Source: an uncultured Lentisphaeria bacterium
GTDB taxonomy: Bacteria > Fidelibacterota > UBA8477 > JABMPR01
NCBI GenBank assembly: GCA_964454335.1
Contig: CAYVVT010000017.1
Span: 1,770-65,769, forward strand
DNA length: 64,000 nucleotides
Direction: 5' to 3'
The notes under the pieces are model-generated. The model was not told where the DNA came from and ran no database searches. It was given only the letters and a program-made list of their open reading frames with translations. The translations under genes and the position numbers were made by a program. Positions 29,861 to 39,145 of the stretch are shown one piece after another. The first letter of the stretch is position 1; each line of letters starts with the position of its first letter.

Positions 29861-31514
29861 GCTGAAGAGCATACTGGCGGCTTGTCTGAGTCTTGTACTC
29901 TTGATCACCTGCGCGAATGAAAGGGCCATTTCCGGGGGACCGGAGGACCTGGAAGCGCCGGAGATCATATTCAGTAAACCCGGCATGGGTTCTACGCAGG
30001 TGGATCCAGGTACGGGGATCGAATTACGCTTCAGCGAACAGATGCTCCGGGAATCGGTAGAGAATGCAGTGGAATTCTGGCCTTATCCACCGGGCGGCTA
30101 CGAGTTGGAAGCCACCTGGCGCAGTTTGAAGGTACAGTTCAATAAAGCCCTGCCAGCAGGCGAAACCTTCCTGCTGACACTGGACAAAAGTGCCCAGGAT
30201 CTGCGACGGAATGGCCTGGCTGAAACCTACATTCTGGCCTTCAGCACCGGTGATTCTCTCAATAAAGGTTTACTTACTGGTTTTGTCGAAGGCGGTCAGG
30301 ACCTGCGCAAACAGGGACAGCTGCTGCTTTACCGGGATTATCAGGAAAACGTGGACAGCCTGCGCTCGCGCAGGGCAGATTATGCCTTCCAACCGGATGA
30401 CAGCGGCCGATTCAGGATGCCCTATCTGGCAGAACAGAGCTATCTGCTCGTCTATCATTGGGATCGGAACAGGAATAACCAGGTGGATGATGGTGATTAT
30501 TTTGGTCGCCCTTCCAGTCCAACGGTTTACCCGACCCTCGCCGCAGAGATGTCCGGATTCGGTATCTGGCCACAACTCGTTCCCAGTACCCAGACCAGTT
30601 TGCTGCGTGCGGAACTCCACAAGCCTGATCTCATCCTGCTCCGTTTCAAAGTGCCCGTTGACGTGGATATGCTTCCGATGCTGGAAGTGAACACCCCGCT
30701 GGGTAAGCACCCCCTGAAGGGCGCCACCACTGTGGAGGAGGATGAATATGGCGCTCTGCTGCACCTGGCGATCCCTATCCAGGATAGCACGGAGGTCTGG
30801 GTCAGTCAATTTCAGGATACATCGGGCACCTTTCTACGAACCGATACCCTTCTGGCCCTTCAGAGTACTCGCGATGACACGACGAATATCGCCCTGATTG
30901 AGGTGGAATTCGCCCAGGATAAGGATGGCTATCCTGAACCGGAAGAGGGCATTGTATTCAGCTTAAACCATCCGGTGACCCCGGTGGCGGACAGTCTCAT
31001 CATTCTCCGACAGATCCAACCTGACACAGCTCTGATCGGGGGCCAGGCGCGGAGTCTTTCTTCTACTCAGATCATCTGGGAACCTGATTCAGCACTTGCA
31101 GGCGGAGCTTCCTTTCGCTGGCAGATGGATACCCGTCTACTGAATCCCATCTACGCTGAACCTGCTGTCGATTCCGTGCGTGCATCCATCCTGGTGACCG
31201 AGCATCCTGATTCTCTGGGCGCATTGATCCTGACACAGGATCTGGCTGACCTGGTTATCGGCGAGATCCGCAAGCGAGACTATCACAGAGAATTTATGGC
31301 GCGCCGCGGCGAGGAGATCAGTCTCACGGAGCTACCCTCAGGATACTATCAACTCAGGGCCTTCGCCGATCTGAACGGGAACAGGCAATACGATGCGGGT
31401 GGACGCGAGATGGGTCACGCGGCGGAACCATTCTGGATTTACCCTGAGCCTGTGAGGGTGAGGGCACGCTGGGATCTTGATATTGGTACTTGGAGATTGG
31501 GGATTGAGGATTGA
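29853..31514 (+). CDS. hypothetical lipoprotein with Ig-like/beta-sandwich regions
   Basis: The start is taken at MNRLKSILAACLSLVLLITC, where ATG 29853 overlaps the sfsA stop as ATGAATAG. A lipobox Cys is present and there is no catalytic motif. The 3' end is built from heptamer repeats. Confidence 0.6.
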   Translation: MNRLKSILAACLSLVLLITCANERAISGGPEDLEAPEIIFSKPGMGSTQVDPGTGIELRFSEQMLRESVENAVEFWPYPPGGYELEATWRSLKVQFNKALPAGETFLLTLDKSAQDLRRNGLAETYILAFSTGDSLNKGLLTGFVEGGQDLRKQGQLLLYRDYQENVDSLRSRRADYAFQPDDSGRFRMPYLAEQSYLLVYHWDRNRNNQVDDGDYFGRPSSPTVYPTLAAEMSGFGIWPQLVPSTQTSLLRAELHKPDLILLRFKVPVDVDMLPMLEVNTPLGKHPLKGATTVEEDEYGALLHLAIPIQDSTEVWVSQFQDTSGTFLRTDTLLALQSTRDDTTNIALIEVEFAQDKDGYPEPEEGIVFSLNHPVTPVADSLIILRQIQPDTALIGGQARSLSSTQIIWEPDSALAGGASFRWQMDTRLLNPIYAEPAVDSVRASILVTEHPDSLGALILTQDLADLVIGEIRKRDYHREFMARRGEEISLTELPSGYYQLRAFADLNGNRQYDAGGREMGHAAEPFWIYPEPVRVRARWDLDIGTWRLGIED

Positions 31515-31525
31515 GGATTGAGAAT
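31492..31525. repeat. heptamer tandem repeat (ATTGRGR)x4.5 spanning the stop codon of the lipoprotein gene
   Basis: The sequence attgggg-attgagg-attgagg-attgaga-attgg encodes the C-terminal ...WRLGIED*. Confidence 0.75.
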
Positions 31526-31566
31526 TGGATCCCACAGTAGACGGGGGAGGTTTGGAAAGAACGGCA

Positions 31567-32325
31567 ATGGAATTCTATAAATATCAGGCAGCCGGTAACG
31601 ATTTCATTATTCTCGAAGATGGGGAGGCACTGCTCTCGTTCGATACGGCTCAGGTACGAAACCTCTGTCACCGCCAGTTCGGCATCGGGGCGGATGGCAT
31701 CATCCTGTTGCAGGGATCGAAGGATCACCAGTTCAATGTGGTACATTACAATGCTGACGGCAGTCGTGCTGAGATGTGCGGCAATGGTGTTCGCGCAGTG
31801 ACTGCCTTTGCCCGTAGGCAATGGGATATCCCCCTTGAGGGCAGTTTTGAGATCGACGATGGCCCCCATCGTTACGATATCCGTGACGAGGGCATCTGGG
31901 TGGAGATCCTGGCCAATCCTGAGATCACAATGCTGGAACAGGATGGGGAGCCCATGGGCTGTCTCGATTCAGGTGTCCCACACGCCGTCCTTGTGGTAAC
32001 GCAGTTTGATCCAATGCTGATAAATGATCTTGGCGTGAGCTTGAACGAGGATGAGCGCTTTCCCAGAGGTACGAACGTTAATTTTGTCAAACTTGACGGA
32101 CCTGAATTCCAGGTACGGACCTACGAACGCGGCGTGAACGCTGAAACTCTGGCCTGTGGGACCGGCGCTACGGCAACGGCACTTTACCTGCATGCCAGGG
32201 AAGGTGCTGAATGGCCCATCAGGATGAGATTTCCAGGTGGGGAACTGATGGTGGATAAACGCCAAAATGGATATTGGCTCACCGGTCCGGTGGAATTAGT
32301 TTTCACGGGCTCACTGATTGACTGA
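31567..32325 (+). CDS. dapF: diaminopimelate epimerase
   Basis: The start is taken at MEFYKYQAAGNDFIIL (ATG 31567). The conserved DapF N-terminus and the catalytic Cys pair (MCGNG...; ACGTGATA) are present. Confidence 0.9.
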   Translation: MEFYKYQAAGNDFIILEDGEALLSFDTAQVRNLCHRQFGIGADGIILLQGSKDHQFNVVHYNADGSRAEMCGNGVRAVTAFARRQWDIPLEGSFEIDDGPHRYDIRDEGIWVEILANPEITMLEQDGEPMGCLDSGVPHAVLVVTQFDPMLINDLGVSLNEDERFPRGTNVNFVKLDGPEFQVRTYERGVNAETLACGTGATATALYLHAREGAEWPIRMRFPGGELMVDKRQNGYWLTGPVELVFTGSLID

Positions 32326-32359
32326 ACGTCCTGAATCACAGAGAAAGCCGAGGATAAGA

Positions 32360-33430
32360 ATGTCTTTTTATGCCGTGATCATGGCAGGGGGAGTTGGTAA
32401 GCGTTTTTGGCCGCAGAGCCGCCGCGAAACGCCCAAGCAACTCCTGCATATCACCGGTCAGGCCAGCATGCTGCGTCTGACTGTGGACAGATTGAAACTC
32501 CTGGCTCCAGAGAGCAACATACTCATCATTACCAATGGTGACCAGGAGGAAGGGATCCGGGAGGAGATCCAGGAACTGCCGGAGGAAAACATCCTCATTG
32601 AACCAGAAGGGAAGAATACAGCCCCGGCCATCGGTCTGGCGGCACTGCACATCGCCAGCCGTGATCCAGAAGCCATTATGGGGGTATTTCCTGCCGATCA
32701 TCACATCAGTGACGTGGACGCGTTCAAAAGTTATATGCAATATGGAATTGAGGCTGCCGAAACATATCGTGGACTTGTCACTTTCGGTGTCGTACCAACC
32801 CGGCCGGCCACCGGGTACGGCTACATCCAGTTCCATGATCAGGCGAAGCCCGAACAGCCGATTTTCGCGGTGCGGACCTTTGCTGAGAAACCTGATTACG
32901 AAACGGCCCAGGCATTCCTGCGCAGCGGTGATTTCCTGTGGAACAGCGGCATGTTCGTCTGGCGTGTGGATGTTATTCTCAAGGCCTTTCAGGTCCATCT
33001 TGAAGAGATCCATCACAGTCTGGATATCATGCGTGAAGCCATGGGCAAACCTGTATGGGACTCCGTGCTCACCTATGAATGGGCGACACTGAGGAGTGTT
33101 TCCATCGATTATGGGATTATGGAGAAGGCCGACAATGTATTTGTGGTGAAAGTTGATTTTAACTGGAGCGATGTGGGTTCCTGGGATGCCGTTCATGCTC
33201 TCATGCCCAAGGATGACCGTGGAAATGTCAGTGACGGGGATGTCCATTTCTTTGACAGCCATTACAATCTGGTCTACAGCGAAGACAAGCATATCACACT
33301 GTTGGGCGTGGATAATCTGGTGGTCATCGAAACAGCGGACGCTCTGCTCATCGTTCCAAAGGGACAATCCGAGCGGGTGAAAGAGATCGTGGACCATTAT
33401 GAAAAGAAGAAAAGAACCGACCTGATCTGA
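32360..33430 (+). CDS. mannose-1-phosphate guanylyltransferase (nucleotidyltransferase family)
   Basis: The start is taken at MSFYAVIMAGGVGKRFWP (ATG 32360). It carries the sugar-nucleotidyltransferase G-rich loop and is GMPP/ManC-like. Confidence 0.85.
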   Translation: MSFYAVIMAGGVGKRFWPQSRRETPKQLLHITGQASMLRLTVDRLKLLAPESNILIITNGDQEEGIREEIQELPEENILIEPEGKNTAPAIGLAALHIASRDPEAIMGVFPADHHISDVDAFKSYMQYGIEAAETYRGLVTFGVVPTRPATGYGYIQFHDQAKPEQPIFAVRTFAEKPDYETAQAFLRSGDFLWNSGMFVWRVDVILKAFQVHLEEIHHSLDIMREAMGKPVWDSVLTYEWATLRSVSIDYGIMEKADNVFVVKVDFNWSDVGSWDAVHALMPKDDRGNVSDGDVHFFDSHYNLVYSEDKHITLLGVDNLVVIETADALLIVPKGQSERVKEIVDHYEKKKRTDLI

Positions 33431-33717
33431 TGAAAGCTGAACGTATCCGTGAGGAATTTGAATTGCTGGCGGCACGTCTGAACTACAGCGTGCGCTACGA
33501 AAAAGGGGATTTTCGGGGAGATACCTGCCGCATCAATGATGAGCGGGTGATCATCATCAATAAACAGATCCCTATAGAGCACCAGAATTATGCGTTTTCC
33601 AGGATCTTTGCCCGGGAGGATCTGTCTACCATCTCGATCCTGCCGTTCCTGCGTGATATGATCGTCGAGGTAGGCGGAACCGCCCTCGATATCGAGTCAG
33701 GAGAGGGCCATGCGTAA
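33430..33717 (+). CDS. hypothetical 95-aa protein, translationally coupled to both neighbours
   Basis: Its start overlaps the upstream stop (ATCTGATG) and its end overlaps the downstream start. No recognisable motif was found. Confidence 0.5.
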   Translation: MKAERIREEFELLAARLNYSVRYEKGDFRGDTCRINDERVIIINKQIPIEHQNYAFSRIFAREDLSTISILPFLRDMIVEVGGTALDIESGEGHA

Positions 33718-35653
33718 ACTGGATGAGATCCTGGTAGCCCTTTGCCTGGTCATTACCCTCTCCCTGTGGGGCTGGCTGGTTGACATCTATGTGGGTTTCA
33801 GGGAGAACCCGCTTTTTGCCGGCCTGGTGAACACACTGTTCATCGTCTATGCGTTCCAGCCTCTGCGGTCGTCGTTCCGCAAACTCATTCTACGGATCAT
33901 CGCTCCTGTTTACTTCGAACGGAACCGCCGTCTCCGTGAATACCTCTCCGAATTGTCGCAGGTAGAACATTACCAGGAGATCCTGGAATCAGTCCCCAGC
34001 ACCTTGAAGGAGATCTACGAGGCGGATATCGTTGCGCTGTTCGTAAGACGCAAGGGGATCTTCAAGGTGGAGGCGTCCCAGGCACCGGCGCCTTTCGTTC
34101 TGGAAGGTCTGGCACTGGACCAGTCCCATGACCTGCTGGAGCGTTTGCGGAAGTCAGCGGACTATCTCCTGCCAGTGCGATATAGTATCGTCGACCTGAG
34201 TCCCAGTGACGACAAGATCGATGAGATGAACTACCGCACCTTCAAGGTCTTCAACTGGGCCATCCCACTGAAGTCAAATGATGTGCTGGCCGGATTCGTC
34301 CTGCTGGACAAGCTGCCACGGGATATGGAAGCCCGCCGGGCAGGGACACTATTCAACAACGCCATCGAACAGATCTCACTCATCCTGGACAACAAGAAGC
34401 TGTACCACCGGATCCGCCTGGAATCGTTGAAACAGGGCATTCTGACCCAGATCGCGGAGAAGATGTCTGCCACTCGCAGTATTTCAGGAGTATTCAACGC
34501 TATCCTGGACGATGTCCACACCGTCCTGCCCTACGATGCCTGTGGCGTGTTCCTGACCACACCAAATGCCATCACCATCGAGAAATTCCTGCAACGCGGA
34601 TATGATCCCCGGCGCTTGAATCCCCTCAAACTGAAGATCGGCCGAGGTATTGTCGGTCGTTGCATTGCCACGAACTCGGCGGTGTCCATCCGGGATGTCA
34701 CCCGTGAGAAGCGTTATGTCGCGGGCCGGCAGAAGACACGGTCGGAATTATGCGTACCTATCGCCTCCGGTAATCGTGTCTTCGGCGCCATCAATATCGA
34801 ATCCAATCAGATCGCCGCATTCAGCGATGATGATCAGGACTTCCTGCTCACAGTGGCCACCCAGGCCGGTGTTCTCATGGAACGCTATGACATCCTCAAG
34901 AAAATCGATCTGTCTGACGATTTTACCGATGATATCGATAAGGCCGAGAGCATTCAGCGCTCATTGCTGCCCCAGGAAACCCCGGTGGCCAGCGGGATTG
35001 AGTTCGATATCAGCTATATGCCTTGCAAGCAGATCAGCGGTGACTTCTATGATCTCACCAAACGCAAGAAGGATATCTACAGTCTTGCTGTGGGCGACGT
35101 GGTGGGGAAGGGGATCTCCGGTGCTCTGATCATGTCGAATTTCTATGCAGCCTATCTCAACGAGTTGGGACGGGACCGTGACCTTACCGAGATCATGGCC
35201 AGGTTGAATGAATATCTCACCAGGGATCCTGACCTCGAACAGCAGATCACGTTCTTTCTGAGCTATCTCGACATGAAGAAGGGTGTCCTACGCTTCGTCA
35301 ACGCCGGGCATCCACCACCGCTGCTATTCCATAAGGATGGAACCTTTGATCGTTTGGAGATCGGTGGGTCGATCCTGGGCTACGATCCCTCCTTGAAATT
35401 CGACAAGGGTGAGATCAAGCTGAAGCGGGATGACTTCCTGGTGATGTACACGGATGGGCTTGTTGAAGCAGTGGGACCTGCCGGCCAACTCTTCGATGAA
35501 AGCGGTTTGATCGAGATCGTCCGGACGGTACTTACCAAACCAGCCGGCGAGATGGCTGAAACCATCATTGATAGGATCCATGCCTTCTCCCGGAAGGATT
35601 CTTTCGACGACGACCTTACCCTGCTGATCACCAGGATTAATAAGAAACTGTGA
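33710..35653 (+). CDS. membrane-anchored GAF-domain PP2C-family (SpoIIE/RsbU-like) serine phosphatase
   Basis: 647 aa with N-terminal transmembrane helices, GAF-like central domains and a C-terminal PP2C domain (SGDFYDL...LAVGDVVGKGISGALIMS...VNAGHPPP...MYTDGL). Confidence 0.8.
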   Translation: MRKLDEILVALCLVITLSLWGWLVDIYVGFRENPLFAGLVNTLFIVYAFQPLRSSFRKLILRIIAPVYFERNRRLREYLSELSQVEHYQEILESVPSTLKEIYEADIVALFVRRKGIFKVEASQAPAPFVLEGLALDQSHDLLERLRKSADYLLPVRYSIVDLSPSDDKIDEMNYRTFKVFNWAIPLKSNDVLAGFVLLDKLPRDMEARRAGTLFNNAIEQISLILDNKKLYHRIRLESLKQGILTQIAEKMSATRSISGVFNAILDDVHTVLPYDACGVFLTTPNAITIEKFLQRGYDPRRLNPLKLKIGRGIVGRCIATNSAVSIRDVTREKRYVAGRQKTRSELCVPIASGNRVFGAINIESNQIAAFSDDDQDFLLTVATQAGVLMERYDILKKIDLSDDFTDDIDKAESIQRSLLPQETPVASGIEFDISYMPCKQISGDFYDLTKRKKDIYSLAVGDVVGKGISGALIMSNFYAAYLNELGRDRDLTEIMARLNEYLTRDPDLEQQITFFLSYLDMKKGVLRFVNAGHPPPLLFHKDGTFDRLEIGGSILGYDPSLKFDKGEIKLKRDDFLVMYTDGLVEAVGPAGQLFDESGLIEIVRTVLTKPAGEMAETIIDRIHAFSRKDSFDDDLTLLITRINKKL

Positions 35654-35921
35654 GTATATAGCACCGTCTTCACTCATTCTTTATTCAAAGCCCAATTCAC
35701 AGGTCAGAGCGCCGTGTGCTGCTCCGTGCAGACGAGAAAGGATCTGCAAGTAATTGTAGACGACCCAAAAACATCTTGCGTTTGAGGGAAATGGAATGAT
35801 TTTTGAGTGCTCTCTGAGAACGCAGCAGAAGGAGAATGAGCACTGAGATCCGCATCTTTCCATCTCAAAGAAAATCAATCGGTTTACAAAATAAAAACTT
35901 AGCGGCCACGAGGAGTATGTA

Positions 35922-37991
35922 ATGAAGGATTACAAAGCGAAGGATATTCGAAACGTTGCCATTGTAGGTCACGCTTCTGCAGGCAAGACAGCCCTGTCAG
36001 AAGCCATGTTATTTTCCGCCGGTGTCACCAACCGGATCGGCACCATCGCCGAAGGCAACACCAAATCAGATTACCGTCCCGAGGAGATAGAACGTCAGTG
36101 TTCGGTGGGCACCTCATTACTCTCCATGGAATGGAAAGAGACCAAACTCAATATTTTAGACGCGCCGGGTTTCAGTGATTTCATTGGTGATTCCCTTTCT
36201 GCCGTCCGTGTCGCGGATACAGGGCTGCTGGTGGTGGATTCGGTCCATGGACCCGAAATGGGTACGGATACCGTGTGGCGTTTCTGCGAAGATTACAGCA
36301 TTCCGCGTGCTTTCGCTATCACCGGTCTGGACAAGGAACATTCTGATTTCCACAATGCCTTCAACATGTTGAAGGACCACTTCGGCAACCATGTCACAGC
36401 ACTGCAGTTACCTGTGGGCGAGGGTGTGGGCTTCAGCAAGATCGTTGACATCATCCGCCGTAAAACACTGGTTTTCAGTGACGACAGCGGCAAATATAGC
36501 ATGGAAGACCTGCCCGAGAACGTCAAGGATGAGGTGGAACAGCTTTACACCGAACTGGTTGAGCAGGTGGCTGAATCCGATGAAGCTCTCATGGAAAAGT
36601 ATTTCGAGGAAGGTGAGCTATCCGAGGACGATCTCCGTGCAGGTCTACGCGATGCCATCATCCACAAGGAGATCTTCCCGGTCTTCTGTACAGCATCCAT
36701 CGGTAACATCGGCGTCTCGCGTCTGCTTGAGCTCGTTGAGAAATACTTCCCATCACCTGCTGACATGCCGGCGATTGTCTCCACAGAAGATACCGAGCTC
36801 ACAGCCGATGAGAGTGGTCCCACGGCTGCTCTGATCTTCAAGACCACCAGCGAGGCACATGTCGGCGAGCTGAGTTTCTTCAAGACTTACAGTGGTAAGG
36901 TCAGCAGCGGGGATGATCTGCGCAATGATGTTCGCTCCGGTAATGAGCGCGTCGGTCACGTATACTCCGTCACAGGACATGACCGTCATGAAGTCTCTAC
37001 AGTCTCGGCGGGTGATATCGGCGCAACAGTAAAACTGAAGATCACCCATACCGGTGACACGCTGAGTTCCGCCAAGCAGGTGGTGACCGTTCGTCCGGTG
37101 GATTTCCCGCCTCCCAACATCCAGTATGCCATCGTGGCCAAGGCCAAAGGCGAAGAGGACAAGATCAGCAGTGGCCTCTCATTATTGCATGAAGAAGATC
37201 CCACCCTGCTGTACGAGGTCGATCCCGAACTGCATCAGACCGTGCTCAGCGGTCAGGGTGAACTGCAGATCATGGTAGCTTTCAACAAGCTCCAGGATCG
37301 GTTCAAGGTGCAGGTCGAACTGGTAGAACCCAAGATCGCCTACCGCGAGACCATCAAGACCAACGGTGAGGCCAAATTCCGTCATAAGAAACAGAGTGGT
37401 GGTGCCGGTCAGTTTGCCGAGGTATGGCTGCGGGTGGAACCGCTGGCCCGCGGTGAGGGTATCCAGTTCGAATCAACACTGGTGGGTCAGAACGTGGATC
37501 GTGTATTTGTTCCTTCAGTTGAGAAGGGTATTCAGTCGGCTGCCACAGACGGATTTCTGGCTGGTTATCCCATCGTGGATGTGAAAGCCACCTTCTATGA
37601 TGGTAAGATGCATCCGGTAGACTCCAAGGACATCGCTTTCCAGATCGCTGGGAAGGGCGCCTTCCGTGAAGCCTGTCAGGATTCAAAACCCTGTTTACTG
37701 GAACCCATCTTTGAAGTAGAAGTAAGGGTACCGGAAGATTTCATGGGTGATGTCATGGGTGACATCACGGCCAAGCGCGGTCGGATCCTGGGCATGGATG
37801 CCGAGGGGCATTTCCAGGTGCTCAAAGCTAAGGTTCCCCAGGCCAGTCTGTTCAAGTACTCCTCGACCCTGCGGTCCCTGACCCAGGGCAAGGCCTCTCA
37901 TCGCCAGAAGTTCTCGTACTACGAAGAGGTTCCGAAAGAGGAAGAGAGCAAGATCATCGCCGCCGCAGAGGCTGCAAAAGAAGAAGAATAA
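35922..37991 (+). CDS. elongation factor G family translational GTPase (EF-G paralog)
   Basis: 689 aa with the five-domain EF-G architecture. The G1 motif reads GHASAGKT, a variant of AHIDAGKT. G3 (DAPG) and G4 motifs are present, and a C-terminal EFG_C domain. Confidence 0.8.
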   Translation: MKDYKAKDIRNVAIVGHASAGKTALSEAMLFSAGVTNRIGTIAEGNTKSDYRPEEIERQCSVGTSLLSMEWKETKLNILDAPGFSDFIGDSLSAVRVADTGLLVVDSVHGPEMGTDTVWRFCEDYSIPRAFAITGLDKEHSDFHNAFNMLKDHFGNHVTALQLPVGEGVGFSKIVDIIRRKTLVFSDDSGKYSMEDLPENVKDEVEQLYTELVEQVAESDEALMEKYFEEGELSEDDLRAGLRDAIIHKEIFPVFCTASIGNIGVSRLLELVEKYFPSPADMPAIVSTEDTELTADESGPTAALIFKTTSEAHVGELSFFKTYSGKVSSGDDLRNDVRSGNERVGHVYSVTGHDRHEVSTVSAGDIGATVKLKITHTGDTLSSAKQVVTVRPVDFPPPNIQYAIVAKAKGEEDKISSGLSLLHEEDPTLLYEVDPELHQTVLSGQGELQIMVAFNKLQDRFKVQVELVEPKIAYRETIKTNGEAKFRHKKQSGGAGQFAEVWLRVEPLARGEGIQFESTLVGQNVDRVFVPSVEKGIQSAATDGFLAGYPIVDVKATFYDGKMHPVDSKDIAFQIAGKGAFREACQDSKPCLLEPIFEVEVRVPEDFMGDVMGDITAKRGRILGMDAEGHFQVLKAKVPQASLFKYSSTLRSLTQGKASHRQKFSYYEEVPKEEESKIIAAAEAAKEEE

Positions 37992-38047
37992 AAGGGTCGA
38001 TGTCAGGACCTGAGTTAATGACCTGACATGATCATACATCCCTGTCT

Positions 38048-38088
38048 GTCATGCTGAGCTTGCCTGCCGGCCGGCGGCAGCAGGCAGG
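38048..38088. repeat. REP-like palindromic element (GTCATGCTGAGCTTG-CCTGCC...GCAGGCAGG), copy 1
   Basis: It shares GTCATSCTGAGCTTG plus a CCTGCC/GGCAGG palindrome with 59329-59403. The palindromic core also appears at 39097-39130. Confidence 0.55.
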
Positions 38089-38129
38089 TTGGAGCGAAGA
38101 GGACTGGATTGATCAGACGATCCCAATTG

Positions 38130-38636
38130 ATGACTGATAAAAACGACATACCAAAACTCTGGGCTCCATGGAGAATGGAGTACATCAAATCCATCAAAAC
38201 CGAGGGCTGCATATTCTGCGACAAGCCCGCTGAGGTGGCTGATCGCGAGAATCTTCTGTTGTACCGTGGGGAGCATGCCTGTGTGATGATGAATCTGTAT
38301 CCCTACAACAACGGCCACCTGATGGTCGCACCCTACCAGCACGTCTCCTCGATTGAGGAGGTCGAGATCGAGGCTTTGACAGAGGTCATGCAACTGGCCC
38401 AGGCCTGCATGGGGATCCTGCGGGAGGAGATAAAGGCCCAGGGATTCAATATGGGCTTGAACCAGGGTGAGATCGCCGGGGCCGGGATCGCCGAGCATGT
38501 GCATTTCCATATCGTTCCGCGCTGGGCCGGTGACACGAATTACATGCCCATCACAGGTCACGCCAAGGTGTTGGTACAAGGGCTACAGGAGAGCTACGAT
38601 GCCCTGAAGCCGCATTTCGAAAAACTGGATTCTTAA
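38130..38636 (+). CDS. HIT-family (histidine triad) nucleotide hydrolase/transferase
   Basis: The start is taken at MTDKNDIPKLWAPWRMEYI (ATG 38130). The HIT motif is EHVHFHIVPRW. Confidence 0.8.
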   Translation: MTDKNDIPKLWAPWRMEYIKSIKTEGCIFCDKPAEVADRENLLLYRGEHACVMMNLYPYNNGHLMVAPYQHVSSIEEVEIEALTEVMQLAQACMGILREEIKAQGFNMGLNQGEIAGAGIAEHVHFHIVPRWAGDTNYMPITGHAKVLVQGLQESYDALKPHFEKLDS

Positions 38637-38647
38637 CCAGTTGACAG

Positions 38648-38684
38648 GCGCAGGGGGACGGATTATCTTCCCCGCGCTTTTTAT
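38648..38684 (+). terminator. rho-independent terminator after the HIT gene
   Basis: The hairpin gcgcaggggg-acggattatctt-ccccgcgc is followed by TTTTTA. Confidence 0.6.
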
Positions 38685-38797
38685 GACAATCCGGAGTCCA
38701 TCTACGCCCCTGCGGGGTCTTCGATGGACTGATCCACAAGCAGAGATCTGCAAGGGGCCACTCATTCGGGTGTTCGGAGAAGCATAATTGACATTCA

Positions 38798-38862
38798 GGA
38801 GTAGCTTCCGCCTTCGCCGAGGCTTCGGCGTGACACGCAACAGTAGAGCGGCTGGCTGTTCC
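38798..38862 (+). pseudogene. degenerate partial tRNA-Asn copy (5' part through anticodon loop) with a 34-nt insertion in the D region
   Basis: The remnant reads ggagtagct-[insert]-cagtagagcgg-ctggctgtt-cc. It matches ggagtagctcaacggtagagcgggtggctgttaacc of the intact tRNA 13 nt downstream. Confidence 0.4.
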
Positions 38863-38874
38863 TGAGGAATGAAA

Positions 38875-38946
38875 TCCGGAGTAGCTCAACGGTAGAGCGG
38901 GTGGCTGTTAACCACTAGGCTGGGGGTTCAAATCCCTCCTCCGGAG
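38875..38946 (+). tRNA. tRNA-Asn (anticodon GTT)
   Basis: The cloverleaf was folded by hand. The acceptor stem TCCGGAG/CTCCGGA is followed by discriminator G. The D-arm is GCTC-AACGGTA-GAGC. The anticodon stem GGTGG/CCACT carries loop CTGTTAA. The T-arm is GGGGG-TTCAAAT-CCCTC. No CCA is encoded. Confidence 0.9.
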
Positions 38947-38951
38947 CAAGC

Positions 38952-38987
38952 AAATCAGGTCCTCATCAGAGGGCCTGATTTGTTTTG
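38952..38987 (+). terminator. rho-independent terminator after tRNA-Asn
   Basis: The hairpin aaatcaggtcctc-atca-gagggcctgattt is followed by GTTTTG. Confidence 0.6.
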
Positions 38988-39057
38988 CTGAGGATTGGAG
39001 TTGGACCTCCATGTCGAAGACAGGGTTCACCACGCAGCGGTTTGCCAGCGGGAAACC

Positions 39058-39143
39058 GCGGAGTAGAGCTGGAGCCAAAGGCGAACAGCAAATCCCTGCC
39101 TGCCGTCCGGTGGACGCCGGGCAGGCAGGCCTCCTCCGGAGCA
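39058..39143 (+). pseudogene. degenerate second tRNA-Asn copy (3' end intact) with a D/anticodon-arm deletion and a REP-like palindrome insertion
   Basis: The fragments are cgcggagtagagc ... caaatccct-[cctgcctgccgtccggtggacgccgggcaggcagg]-cctcctccggagcaa. The last 15 nt are identical to the 3' end of the intact tRNA, cctcctccggagcaa. Confidence 0.45.
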
Positions 39144-39145
39144 AA

